From Octopus vulgaris (Eukaryota), in contig OX597818.1 of NCBI GenBank assembly GCA_951406725.2, positions 147,002,001-147,066,000 on the forward strand: 64,000 nt of DNA. The letters run 5' to 3'. This document shows, piece after piece, positions 1-12,145 of this stretch. The position numbers and the translations under genes were made by a program. The notes beneath the pieces are model-generated. The model made no database searches, had not been told where the DNA came from, and saw only the letters and a program-made list of their open reading frames with translations. Numbering within the stretch: the first letter of the stretch is position 1; every line of letters begins with the position of its first letter.

Positions 1-547
1 TGGCAAATAAAAAGCTTGACAAATAAACAAACGCAGTTATGATGATTAATTTACCAATGATAGTAATCCATTATCGTTTCACATCTGATTTTCTATACTA
101 GCATTGGTTGGACAGGTTGGTCACAATTCCTGAATGCCATTCCTGTCATCATATACATTGACTTACAATGTAATTAACTACATTGCAATAAAATTACCAG
201 GTGATGACAATACAGAGAATATATTTCTCATGATGTAATTATAAGCAATGAATTGGCAGTGATGACTTCACTAGACACCAATTATGGCTCTTGAATATAT
301 GAGTTCAAATTCAACAGATTGATTTTACCTTTCATCCTCCCATCAGTTAAATGACGTCAATATGATCAACTAGATTCCTTCTCCTGGATGAATAGCATTT
401 TATCTGCATTCATCATGTGTTATACTTTATCAAAGCCTTGGCAGTCACATTCTTCTTCTGTGATGTTGGAAGTAGTTGTCTTGTAGAAAGACACTGTGAC
501 TGCCCCACTCTGCCAAATCCTTTTTGTTGTGCAGCTCTGCAGAGTCT

Positions 548-584
<37 letters not shown>

Positions 585-1215
585 CATCATCATCGTTTAA
601 CATCCGCTTTCCATGCTAGCATGGGTTGGGACGATTTGACTGAGAACTGGCGAACCAGATGGCTGCACCAGGCTCCAATCTTGATCTCATATATATATAA
701 AGGAAAATTGTTGGTGCATGATTTAAGGGCTATTTAGCTGTTATTTTTATTACATCTCATGACTACCTCATACTCTCCTCATTTGTTAGTCAGTCTGAAT
801 ATTGATGCTTTTCAATATATTTCTCCCCATAAACACATTTAATGGTCTACTGCTTGGATTCAAGCCAAAAATTCAGACTGTTCATATTTTAAACAGTGAT
901 TTTTAAAAAAGAATTCCAAAAACTTTAAAGCAAAAATATTTCGAAAAATTAAAAATTTAGTTTGTTCATAGTTGTGGTAATTCCTGTGTAGAATACAAAT
1001 TTGCAAAAATTTTCTGAAAATTTTAAAAGTTAGAAAAGTTATGAGGTGTTATATGGCATGCTTATAACAGAATTCTACCAGATTTTTAATACTCACTACA
1101 TTAGATATGATAATGCTAATTGAACTAAACATTGATTTAGACCTTTTTGACATGTGAAGTTCATATCATGGTATTTTAATGCTGATGTTTGTCTGTCTCT
1201 TTGTTTTCCTCTTAG

Positions 1216-1290
1216 AATTATGAAAAGTTAAACATTGCTGATGCTTTACATTCACAATCCTTCGAAGATGGTGAAGTGGTACTAAGACAG
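1216..1290 (+). CDS. PRKAR2: cAMP-dependent protein kinase type II regulatory subunit, internal exon (start of CNB-B domain): NYEKLNIADALHSQSFEDGEVVLRQ
   Basis: Acceptor tttcctcttag|AAT and donor CAG|gtaagt; 75 nt, phase 0/0. Resembles the PKA-R 'ERLxIADAL...F.DGE.II.QG' motif. Upstream exons lie outside the window. Confidence 0.93.
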
Positions 1291-1454
1291 GTAAGTAAAA
1301 ACATTTGTCACTTCTGTAAGAAATTTCCAGAAACTATTACCATACATTTTCAGCTTCTTATTTCAGTCAATTATTCTCTAGTTGTCTTCAAGGCACACTT
1401 ATTTCTATACACTTATTTCTACACACACAGTGTGTGGGTTGTGGTAATCTCATT

Positions 1455-1860
1455 TCCAACCCACATGTTGTGTGGGTTGAAAATGAGATGCTATCTCATC
1501 ATGTTAAGCATTTCCCATTTGGACCACATCACAAATGAACTGAGCTGCATTGGAACCACTGTCTGGCACCACAATGGAACTTCCCATCATGAAGACCTTC
1601 TCATGATAGTGAAGGAAAGAAAGCTAATAATAGTACAGCTGTCAATAACAAGATCCAGTGGCCTTGGAAAAACCATTTTTCAAGGAACTATGAAGGAATG
1701 AAGAAGGAGATATGAATAGAAGAGAAGGAAAACCAACATCCTGGAATGGAGAAAGAAGTCGTTAGTGGAGACTACAATTCTCACAGCTGTAACAGATGGA
1801 GAAAACTTGAATACAGCAGAGGCACAATGGTGACTCTTACAAGTTCACAGGAAGATGAGG
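1455..1860 (+). mobile_element. Decayed RTE-clade LINE 3' fragment
   Basis: ITRSSGLGKTIFQGTMK..RRR resembles the RTE/BovB C-terminal 'KTILQG.V.G.RRRGR' motif; frameshifted. Confidence 0.6.
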
Positions 1861-2002
1861 GTGGGCCAAGTATAGAGGTGATTATGTGTGTGCATAATAA
1901 GCCTTTGGATTCTATTTTAAAATATGTGTTTATGTTTCTTCATTTGTGTATGTATGAATGTGTGTGTGTGTACATATATGCATATCTGTGTATATGTAAA
2001 TA

Positions 2003-2033
<31 letters not shown>

Positions 2034-3183
2034 GAGTGTGCTAAGGTCTGACTGCCTGAACACGCACTGGACCTAATTATTTATAACCATTTAAATAATC
2101 ACTCTTTAAACAGTCAAACAATAGTTTCTTACACAAACACCTTTACAGAGAAAATCTGCTTCAATGTATTCTACCTGAGCCACGAAAACCTGGAAAAGTG
2201 CCCATAAAGCAAGAATGATAGAAATACATACAAACACACACACACACTCACATACATACATGCACACACATCCTCACATATACCCACACACACACCCATA
2301 TGCATACCTTCACACACACACTCATATGCACTTACACACACACATCTATACACACATCTACACACACTCACACACACATGCTCACACACATGCCCTCACA
2401 CACATTCATAGGCCTGCTTACAAACACATACGTACATGCACCACAACGCCAAAGCACTCACACACAGCCACATATGTACACACAGCAAGATCTATGCACT
2501 CACACACTTGTCACCTTGCCTCTCACCACCAAATCAAACGGCAACTACTCACCAGTTTGACACCACTCCATTATGTATACAACACTCACACAAAAATGAA
2601 CACACACATATACATACTAGCATGCACACACACTGGCCATTTTCGCACTCACCTGTCTGAAAAAACCACTTCCTCTATCTCCCTCCACTGATGGAGGCAA
2701 AATGGCTGAGTTCCTTTTGAGTGTTGGGCCTTACAGAAGAAAAGTGGCTGAGTTCCTTTCAAGTGTTGGGCCTCATGGAGGTGAAGTGGCTGAGTTCCTT
2801 TTGATGGGCCGGATGGAGGCAATGACCAAGATCTTTGGCATGATGTCATGCTTGAGAAGACTCATCAAGCCAAGCAAAATTGCAGTTGTTGCATATAACG
2901 GTGTCATACAAACTGGCACCCATGCCGGTGGCACATAAATGCATCCCAGTGTCATGCAAATGGCACCCATGCCAGTGGCACATAAAACCACCCATTACGT
3001 TCTCGAAGTGGTTGGCATTAGGAAGGACATCCAGCCATAGAAAACCATGCCAAATCAGACTTGAGTCTGGTGCAGCCTTCCAGCATATCAGCCTAGTTAA
3101 ACCAGCCAACCCATGCCGGTTATGGATAATGAATGTTAAATGATGATGATGTGTGTGTGTGTGTGTGTGTGTATTTATTTATT

Positions 3184-3218
<35 letters not shown>

Positions 3219-3240
3219 GGGTGTGTGTGATTGTGTATAG

Positions 3241-4020
3241 AAGAATATATTAATAAAAAGAATTCCAACCTTGTCTGATTTTCACGTTTTATTTACAATC
3301 TTATAATGATATATTATAAGATAATATATTATAATTGAATAAAATAAAATGAAATAGTAGAATGTTAAATATTCATTCTGATTGAACTAGTACTTTCATG
3401 CATTGAATTCTGCAATCTTCGGGTTCATGTAGTAGTGTTGACAGTCATGCTTCACAATTTTTGACTGTAGCAAGATGAGTGATTCTGTGCTATAAATACA
3501 GCTGGGTAGGCTCCAGAGTGCTAGGTTTTGCAAACTGTATTCTGACCAATCAGTGTGTAGTATCACTCAATTACTTAAGCTGATTGGTTGGTTGAGCTGA
3601 TTGGTTTAGGCATCACGCTTTGTTGGACAGGTCAAGAGTCCTGTATCTTGACCCTGGCCGAAGCAGCAATTGTTGGGTTATTTTTAGAAATGTTGTAAAT
3701 ATCCTTTGTCAGAGATTTTTATATTTTTATATTTCAATTGTCATCATCATCATTGTCAGCACCTTAATTATTGTTGCTAGTGGTGATGGTGGTGGCAATA
3801 GAACTTTTAACCCTAAATAAGATAATTTTCCTGCTATCTTCGTCTTGATCACCTTTAGTATTGTTGTTGTTGTTAGTGGTCATGGTCGTAGCAGTGGAAG
3901 TAATACCTCTAAGTATTATTATTATTGCTTATTTAGCTTGGGTTCGAATTTATCAATAAAATTCTTTTCTCTGATTTTCCTCTCGATTTCACTTGGGCTG
4001 TGTAATTTGTAGAATGGAAA
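3241..4020 (-). mobile_element. 3' fragment of a Penelope-like retroelement (GIY-YIG C-terminus plus pLTR-like region)
   Basis: 4020-3922 translates FPFYKLHSPSEIERKIREKNFIDKFEPKLNKQ*, the R...E..FI..F.P.LN tail typical of PLE GIY-YIG endonucleases. Lies between TA-rich microsatellites and carries an HHR-like motif. Confidence 0.75.
3383..3427 (-). ncRNA. Minimal PLE-type hammerhead motif, probably inactivated (U4C)
   Basis: TGAAC-CCGAAGA-T-TGCA..TGCA-T-GAAA-GTAC-TA-GTTCA. Confidence 0.6.
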
Positions 4021-4393
4021 TATATATATATATATATATGCTGTTTGCAACTCCAGGAAAAATACATCATGCTGAATACACAGCTGAGCTGTGTTAGAAG
4101 TACATAGAATCTGTTATAATTATCAAGCTTGCACAGAATTCAACCTTGTTGGAGCTAACAATGTTGTTGTGTGTATTTGTTTGGGATCTTGAATCAGATA
4201 TTCAATTCAGAATTCAACAGAAAAACAAAACAAAAATTTAATATCGAAAGAAAAATAATGAAATCCCTTTTTGATTAATATTGATTTTTGTTTTTTGTCT
4301 CTTTTTTGCCCTTTCTCTGTTGAACTTTGTTTAATTACATTTTCTTTGATAATTGTGAAGCTCAAATTTTTGCTTTGATTTACTTACTTTTAG

Positions 4394-4456
4394 GGAGATG
4401 ATGCAAACTGCATGTATTTTGTGGAAGATGGAGAAGTCAGTATCACTGTCAAAAAG
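4394..4456 (+). CDS. PRKAR2: PKA-RII exon: GDDANCMYFVEDGEVSITVKK
   Basis: Acceptor tacttttag|GGA and donor AAG|gtat; 63 nt. In frame with the previous exon (QGD.A..(F/M)Y(I/F)(I/V)E.GEV motif). Confidence 0.93.
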
Positions 4457-4832
4457 GTATATGAGAAAATAAGTATTTTTTATTTTCAAGTTGTATGCAG
4501 TAAAAACATGTTTGGAAATACATTGTATATCACAGACTGCAGCTATATCCCTGGTAGTATATCTTTTGACTGAACTCTACCTCAACTCTACTGAATCTTC
4601 TTTACTGCACCTCTACTCTACTAGGTCTTCTTTATTCCATCTCTACTCCACAAGTACTTAGGCCACTCCAATTTGCATTACTCCACCTATGCTCCACTTC
4701 CATTCTTCTGCATTTTCACTCCACCTGCATTTCATTAGGTTTTTCTCACACCAACTCAACTGCTTCTGTTTTGCTTTGCTCCACTTCTACTTCACTGGGT
4801 CTTCTTCACTCCTCTACTCTGTCAAGTTATCG

Positions 4833-5425
4833 GGATCTTCACCTTTTGTCCTACAGATTTTTTAAATAGTTTTTTGTAACTAAACACTTTCAAACTTCGG
4901 ATACTGGTAGACTGTGTCATATAAAACATCTTTTACTCTTAGCATTTTTGAGAAAAACTTATATTTACAAAGTTATTTCATGTTAAAGTTCTCGTATTTC
5001 GGTAATTTCAACCAATCAATGACGTGTATTCAGCTGAATAAAATTACTGCTATTTTTGTCAACAAGAACTTCCGGCGGTGGGTTTTTCGTTTGTCACTGT
5101 TATTTATGACAACCCTAACCCTAAAACCCTAACACCCTAACCCTAAAACCTTAAAACCAGTACAAACACACGAACGATGTCATAAATAACAGGGACAAAT
5201 GAAAAATACAGCGCAGATAGTTGCTGTTGACAAACAACGACAGTAATTTTATTCGGCTGAATACACGTCATTGATTGGTTGAAATTACCAAAATATGAGA
5301 ACTTTAACATGATATAACTTCGTAAAAGATGTTTTATATGACACAGTCTACCTGTGTCCGAAGTTTGAAAGTGTTTAGTTACAAAAAATTATTTTTTAAA
5401 TCTGTTGGTCAAAAGGTAAAGATCC
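4833..5425. mobile_element. Foldback/MITE with ~270-bp inverted arms and central telomere-like (CCCTAA) repeats
   Basis: Ends ggatctt(c/t)accttttg / caaaaggtaaagatcc; long internal inverted arms; agttatc duplicated on both flanks; ccctaa repeats at about 5113-5157. Confidence 0.85.
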
Positions 5426-6586
5426 AGTTATCTTTGCTCCACTTTACTCCACAAACTATTTAAGCCCTTACTCTTTTACTTTTTTCAGCCCTTAGACACT
5501 GGCCATGCTGGGGTGCCACCTTGAAGAATTTTTAATCTAATGAGTCAACCCCAGTATATTTTTTTCATTAAAGCCTGGTACTTGTTCTATAATTTCTTTT
5601 GCCAAACTACCAGGTTAATAGGATGTAAAAACACCAGTTGCCAAAAATTGGTGGGAGACAAACACAGGCACAAAGATAAAGAATATATAGAGGAAGGACA
5701 TCCAGCCATAGTAACCATGCCACATCAGAATGGAGCCTGGTGTAGCTCTCCGGATTATCGGTTCCTATCACACCATCTAACCCATGCCAGCACGGAAAAC
5801 AGACATTAAATGATGATGATGATGGTGATCATAAGCTTCTCTTAGTTTCCATCTTCCATCTACCAAATCCACTCACAAAGCTTTGGTTAGTCAACAGCTA
5901 TAACAGAAGACATTTGTCCAAGGTGCCACAAAGTGGGACCAAACCTGGAACCAAATAGTTGGGAAGCAAGCTTGTTAACACACAGCAACGCCTGCCCATT
6001 TTTTTTATATATTTTACACTTTACAGGCTTCTTCCAGTTTCCATCTACCAAATCCACTCACAAGGCTTTGTTTGGCCTAAGAAGACACTTGCCTAAGGTG
6101 CCGTGCAGTGGGACTGAACCCTGTAACTTAATGGTTCGGCAATAAATATCTAATAGTATAAATACCAGGCTTAAAATAAGCCCTGGAGCCAATTTCATTG
6201 ATTTAATCCCTCAAGGCGCTGCCCATGCATGACTGCAGAGTCCAGTGAAGGAAGCAAGTAAAAGAATAAAAACATAAAAGAATAACAATTGCTACATACA
6301 TCAAGGAATCAAACTGTCTTATACTTCATTGTCCCATATTAGGAAGAACATGCAACTAAAGATTTAATCTGTTGTATGGTTTAACATCACGACCTTGCAT
6401 GTGGGTACCTTTAGCAAAAACACAATTCGGGTTTCAGGTATGAGCATAACTTCTTATTTACCTCCCATCAGAATTGGTGTTGCTGAACCAATCAATTAAA
6501 GGTATCAACTATAACCCACCTCTCAAAACTGCTGGCCTTGTGCCTAAACCAGAAACCATTGCTTTTATTATTATTGAGAGCAGCGA

Positions 6587-6810
6587 AGGTGGTGACCTGG
6601 CAGAAATGTTAGCATGCCGGGTGAAATGCTTAACAGTATTTTGTCTGTCGTTACGTTCAGAGTTCAAATTCCGCCGAGGTCAACTTTGCCTTTCATCCTT
6701 TCGGAGTCGATAAATTAAGTACCAGTTATGCACTGGGGTCGATGTAATCGACTTAATCTCTTTGTTTGTCCCCTTTATGTTTAGCCTCTTGTGGACAATA
6801 AAGAAATAAG
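6587..6810 (+). mobile_element. tRNA-derived SINE (family 2); further copies at 6480-7400, 39820-40130 and 45260-46760
   Basis: Head ggtgacctggcagaaatgttagc...gagttcaaattccgccgaggtcaactttgcctttcatcctttcggagtcgataaattaagtaccag recurs many times in the window. Confidence 0.75.
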
Positions 6811-7616
6811 GACTGTTAGCACACTGACGAAAATGCTTAGTGACATTATTCTGTCTTTATGTTCTGAATTCAAATACCAATGAGGTTGACTTTGCTTTTT
6901 TCCTTTTTTTGGGTCATTAAATAAGCACCCACCAAGTGCTGGGGGGGAGGGGTCAAACTGCTGGCCTTGTGCCAAAAGTTGAAACCATTACACAGAACAG
7001 TGGATTAACAGAATTGCTACAGTGATGAACAAAATGCCTTGTGGTGTTCTGATTCTTTACTTTCCAAGATTAAATCCAGCTGAAGTTAACTTTGCCTATC
7101 ATCCTTTCACCCATCAAAACTGCTGGCCTTCTCCCTAAATTAGAAACCATTATTATTATTGCAAAGATGCTTAATGGTGACAGAATTGTTGGATTGATGG
7201 ACAAGACACCTTGTTATTTAGTTGTCTCTTTACATTGACTAAAGAAGCAGTAGTCAACTTCTCAAACTGATTAGTGCTATTATCATTTTTACAGAAAGGC
7301 AAAGTCGACCTCAGTGGGATTCGAACTCAGAACATATGAAAAGATGAAATACCACAAAGCATTTTGTCCAGCTTGCTAATGATTCTGCCAGCTCGCTGCC
7401 TTAAATAATATTCTGGAGAAAGTCAGGAACTTCACCACATTCTTATGCTTTCCCACTTGAGACTTTGTTATCTATCCTCATTTGTTATCTCTATTCATTT
7501 TAATTGGTGTTTGCAAAATGTTTTAACTTCTATGAATTATTAATATATGTTCTATAGGCGTACAAACTTTATTGTATAACCCTTTTAACCTTAAATCTGA
7601 ATTTTTCTCATGACAG

Positions 7617-7668
7617 GGAGATGAATCAGTAGAAGTTAAAAGATGTGGTAAAGGCAGTTATTTTGGTG
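7617..7668 (+). CDS. PRKAR2: PKA-RII exon: GDESVEVKRCGKGSYFG(E)
   Basis: Acceptor tgacag|GGA and donor G|gtgagt; 52 nt, ends in phase 1. Leads into the phosphate-binding cassette YFGE. Confidence 0.93.
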
Positions 7669-7943
7669 GTGAGTCAATACTCTTTCTCTTATAATTATTT
7701 ATTAACATCTGCTTTTCCATGCTGATAAGAGTTGGATTGGACTTTTTGAGACAGTGTTTTATGATCAGATATCTTTTTTGATAACAATTTTTTCTATTCG
7801 TTCTATAGACATACAGGGACACAGTATCCTATTTAACAAAAATCTAGGAGACACAGGATGTATGTATGTATGTTTAGTTGAGGTTTAATACTTAATTCTA
7901 AGTACTTTTTCTTGATTATTTAGATTGTAACTTTATATATGCT

Positions 7944-7980
<37 letters not shown>

Positions 7981-7984
<4 letters not shown>

Positions 7985-8166
7985 AGAGTTTATGAAAAAA
8001 CAGAAGATGAAGACAGGTGGTGTGCAAAAACAGATGTATTAGTATAACACTCAGGAATAGAAAAAGTCCTTTACGTTTCGAGCCTACGCTCTTTTACAGA
8101 AAGAGACACAGAAAAAACAAGGAGAGAAAAAAATGTGTGTAGTGGCTAACGATCTATCATGGTGAC
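7981..8166 (-). mobile_element. Short (TA)n-embedded element with a degenerate HHR-like motif (8066-8107)
   Basis: Minus strand reads TCTTT-CTGTAAAA-GAGC-GTAG-GCTC-GAAACGTA-AAGGA. Flanked by TA microsatellites. Confidence 0.45.
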
Positions 8167-8513
8167 ATATATATATGTATGTATGTATGTATGTATATGT
8201 GTGTGTATATGTTTGTGTATGTATGTATATGTGTGTGTATATGTTTGTGTATGTATACATATATGTGTATATGTTTGTGTAAGTATATATGTATATATAT
8301 ATATATATATATGTGTTGAATCAGATGTTGCATCTTGTGCGGGTAATTTTCCCAATAAGAAACACATACAATGGTTTTGTTTCACTTCTTTTATTGTTAT
8401 TAGTCAAGTAGTTAACTAATTAGCTAGTTAGCTAATATCATTTGTTTGATTCATCATTCATTCAGTTGCTTTGTAAGGGTCTTTTCAGGACCTCATCAAG
8501 ACCATGATCTCAT

Positions 8514-8554
<41 letters not shown>

Positions 8555-8852
8555 TCCATTAAAGCTGTTAGATCCTAGCATTAACTGGAAACTTGCACAG
8601 AAACATTGATATTGACTGGCTCTATCAAAGAAGAGATGAAGGAAATAGAAATCTGAGATCATTACAGACACCTTTGAATGTCCATGTAGTATTTCTCAGA
8701 CAGCACCTGCTAAATAATAATCATCATCATCATCATCGTTTATGGGTTGAACGGCTTGACATGAAGCTGGCTAGCAGAGAATGGTCCAGACTCCAACTGT
8801 CTGTTGTGGCATGATTTCTACAACTGGATGCCCTTCCTAATGTGAAACAACA

Positions 8853-8892
<40 letters not shown>

Positions 8893-9059
8893 AAAATAAG
8901 GATGAAAAAATTGGATATTAATTTAATAACATCAATTTAACACCAGTTGGTTTAGCCCATAAAAACTGGGATACAGTAAAAATTAATACACAAATATAAG
9001 AAAAATCAAAAATAAGGGTGAAAATAGATTTGTGTGTATATATATATATATATAAATAT

Positions 9060-10310
9060 AAACTGGAGACTTCCTATACAATCCTATACAATCCCAAAAC
9101 AGCTCAACTAACATACCTCAAAAAAGATCCAGGTGTGAAACACCCAGCATACAAAAAAAAAGACCATGCATAGGTATGTTTCCCAAAGACTTAAGGATGA
9201 TACTAATATCAATATGAAGAACAACCTTTCTGGGACTCACGACTGCTACATCACATCCAAGAGCTGGATATTGCTATGAAATACCTAAGGAGCAAAAGAG
9301 AGTAAAGCCCTTGAGGCCCTAAGATGCAACCAAAAATGTTATGTCACATTTCTGTAGAAGTCCTCACACATTGGATCAGCAGCTGTCGAAGAATGACATC
9401 ATAATTTAAATAAAGAGAATTCTTCTGTTTGCGAATACATACATAAGCAACAACACAAGGAATATTAAAGAGCATTCTCATCAAAACTTCTACTCTGAGC
9501 AAACATAACAGACTGGATATCATTATTTGCAACAGACAAGAAAATGTATGTACTGAGGTCAACTACCCTCTTCTAAAATCAGAGAGGAAAAGCATAACTG
9601 TGGACAAATGCTTCAAAACCTTTGACTTCTATACCCAGACTATAAATTCATATTTATACCAATAGTGGCTGTGTGGTAAGTAGCTTGCTTACCAACCACA
9701 TGGTTCTTAGTTCAGTCCCGTTGTGTGGCACCTTGGGCAAATGTCTTCTACTATAGCCTTGGTGGATTCGGTAGATGGAAACTCAAAGAAGCCTGTCGTA
9801 TATATATGTATGTGTGTGTATATGTTTGTATGTCTGTGTTTGTCTCCCCCCCCCAACATCGCTGGTGTGTTTATGTCCCCATAACTTAGCAGTTCGGCAA
9901 AAGAAACCGATAGAGTAAGTACTAGGTTTACAAAGAATAAGTCCTGGTGTCGATTTGCTTGACTAAAGATGGTGCTCCAGCATGGCCACAGTCAAATGAC
10001 TGAAACAAGTAAAAGAGTATACTTGGTTATACTAGTAGATGCCCAACCCATGCCAGCATGGAAGATGGACATTAAATGACGATGATGATGATGCCCAGGT
10101 AGCAATCTAGAAAAGTTAAGATTTTCAGAAAACCAAATCAGCTAATACTCAAATACAATCTGTAAGCAGGTCAATAAAAAATATGCAAGACTTTTCACAA
10201 GTTCATTGTGACAGATTTTGTTTATTTACGTTCCATTGATGGAGCTTTGTATCTTTGTTCTTTGCTAGAAACCAGCTCCTTCCTTAAAATTCAAATAATT
10301 AAATATAGAA
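9060..10310 (+). mobile_element. Decayed RLE-type (restriction-like endonuclease; R4/Dong-like) non-LTR retrotransposon 3' end, interrupted by a SINE and an RTE tail
   Basis: Fragments translate ..THWISSCRRM.. (CCHC remnant), KHNRLDIIICNRQENVCTEVNYP (RPD..E motif), LLYPDYKFIFIPIV, and ICKTF after the SINE. Confidence 0.65.
9663..10018 (+). mobile_element. tRNA-derived SINE (family 1)
   Basis: gtggctgtgtggtaagtagcttgcttaccaaccacatggt...agtcaaatgactgaaacaagtaaaagag; closely similar to the 19160-19625 and 31053-31488 copies. Confidence 0.85.
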
Positions 10311-12076
10311 GAGAGCATGCTCACGTACATATCTGGTGGCTGCCCCCTCGTTATCGAGTATGGCCATTGCACGAAGCTTAATCAATGTTGTTATCGTGCA
10401 ATGCCTGTGCAAGAAGATTTTTTTTAAAGTGAGGAAAGGCTGTACACTGAGTCAGTCCCACTCACTAAGCAACAGCAGCCATAATCCTAAAAGAAGAACA
10501 AGTCAACATCATCAGTAACCACTGAGCCGCAGGTTTTTGTCGGAGTTATCCCAGTTACCTGAGTTACCTTCTCCTAGAAGGATGCCCTCACAAAGGCTAG
10601 GAGTCCTTCACTCCCAATGGTTTAACCGCACGATCAGGTATTCAGTCCCATTATTTCTATGTCCCCACGCGTGATACAGCCTTAAGACATTTATTGGATG
10701 GCCGTTGACTCTCAAGAGTTCCTCCGCCCTTTGACGGGTTTTGTTTTTCATCCTGCAGGGTGTCCAATAAACACCCTCCTCACCAAGCAAGCTTGGTGGG
10801 GTTGCCAGTTTAGTCGCCGACAACCCGACCATGCAACAGGTTGCACTGGGTTACATGTTACCAGTAGCACTCGAAAGTGACCTGACATACATACATACCT
10901 ACATACATTCATTCATTCATTCATTCATTGACAGACTGACACTAAGACAGATAAACAGACTTTTAGAAAACATTAACTTAGATATCTGTTTGAAATTTAT
11001 CAATTAGCACTGCTGGGATCTGCTATATAGTTGTTAGTTTAGCTCATAGTCAGCTCCAATTTGAGTTGATCTGTAATCAATGTTATTCTATTTATGACCA
11101 TTCCATCTTTTCTTAATATCTAAGTCACTGACTCTCTACGTGCCATACTGAAAACTAAAAAGAAAACAGTCACTGGTGCACTTTGCAGAGATTTTTTTGC
11201 CAAAAACCCTTATATTTTAAAATTTTTAAATGTAGAAAAAAGTGTTAAAAGTTATTGCTTCTCTTGTCTTTGCAAAAAGAAATCAAGATCAATAAACTGG
11301 AAGGACAGGACTTCCATCTATCAGAGTTGACTGTACGTATATAAATGTATGTGCAGGCCTGGGTAAGATCTTTTATGGAAGACTGGCTGTTTCCTATACA
11401 TGCAAGTCTCCACCTCTCCATGCCATCAATGTTTATCCAAGGGAAAGGCCACCAACTTTAGCCAGTACTGGTCAGGACCAGTGTTTTTGCAGGTGCTGCT
11501 ATATAAAGAAAAACACAAAGAGCTGGAACAGACACCACAAGGCATCTTTCCCAACATTCTAAGGGTTCTACCAATCCTTCCTTGACAGATAAATTTTTTA
11601 TCAATTCTGAAAGGATAAAGGGCAAACCAGCCCCACTGGGATTCAAACTCAGAATTCAGAGAATCAGATTCTATTCAACATTCTAATAATTCAGCTAGAT
11701 TGCCACATTTAGGGCAGAATGTTGGCTGTAGATCTAAATATCATACAATGATTTAACTTCTAAAGTTCAAATTTTGGCATGGTTAACTTTTCTTTTCCCT
11801 TTTGCAAACTTCTACATTAATATAGTATGATATCTTACTCCATTCTTTCTCAATTTCTTTATTCTTTATCTTCTGTTCCTTTTATCTCCTCTCTTCTATC
11901 TTATTTTCTATTTTCCTTTCCCTTTTTCTCTCACTCCTCATTTCCATCTATCTATATCTTTTTAGCTTCCTTTCTCTCTCCCCCTTACCTTCTTTCTCTC
12001 TCTCCCTCTCTCTCTCTCTCCCTCACACACACATATACTGAATTCTAATATTTCACCTTCCACATTTCTCTTACAG

Positions 12077-12145
12077 AACTAGCTTTACTTACTCATAAAC
12101 CGAGGGCAGCAACGGCCACATCAATGGGACATTCCAGATTTGCAG
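12077..12145 (+). CDS. PRKAR2: PKA-RII exon with phosphate-binding cassette B: (E)LALLTHKPRAATATSMGHSRFA(V)
   Basis: Acceptor ttctcttacag|AA and donor G|gtaaat; 69 nt, phase 1/1. GELAL....PRAA is the canonical cAMP-binding motif. Confidence 0.95.

Noticed and set aside
1276-1701. 141-aa ORF starting in the PKA-RII exon
   Set aside because: Read-through from the exon past the GT donor into intron and RTE remnant; not a real protein.
8891-9030. TA-flanked element with a short terminal direct repeat and HHR-like layout on the minus strand (CTGTAT-CCCA..TGGG-CTAAACC-AACT-GGTG)
   Set aside because: Both core segments are too degenerate to call a ribozyme; at most a relic.
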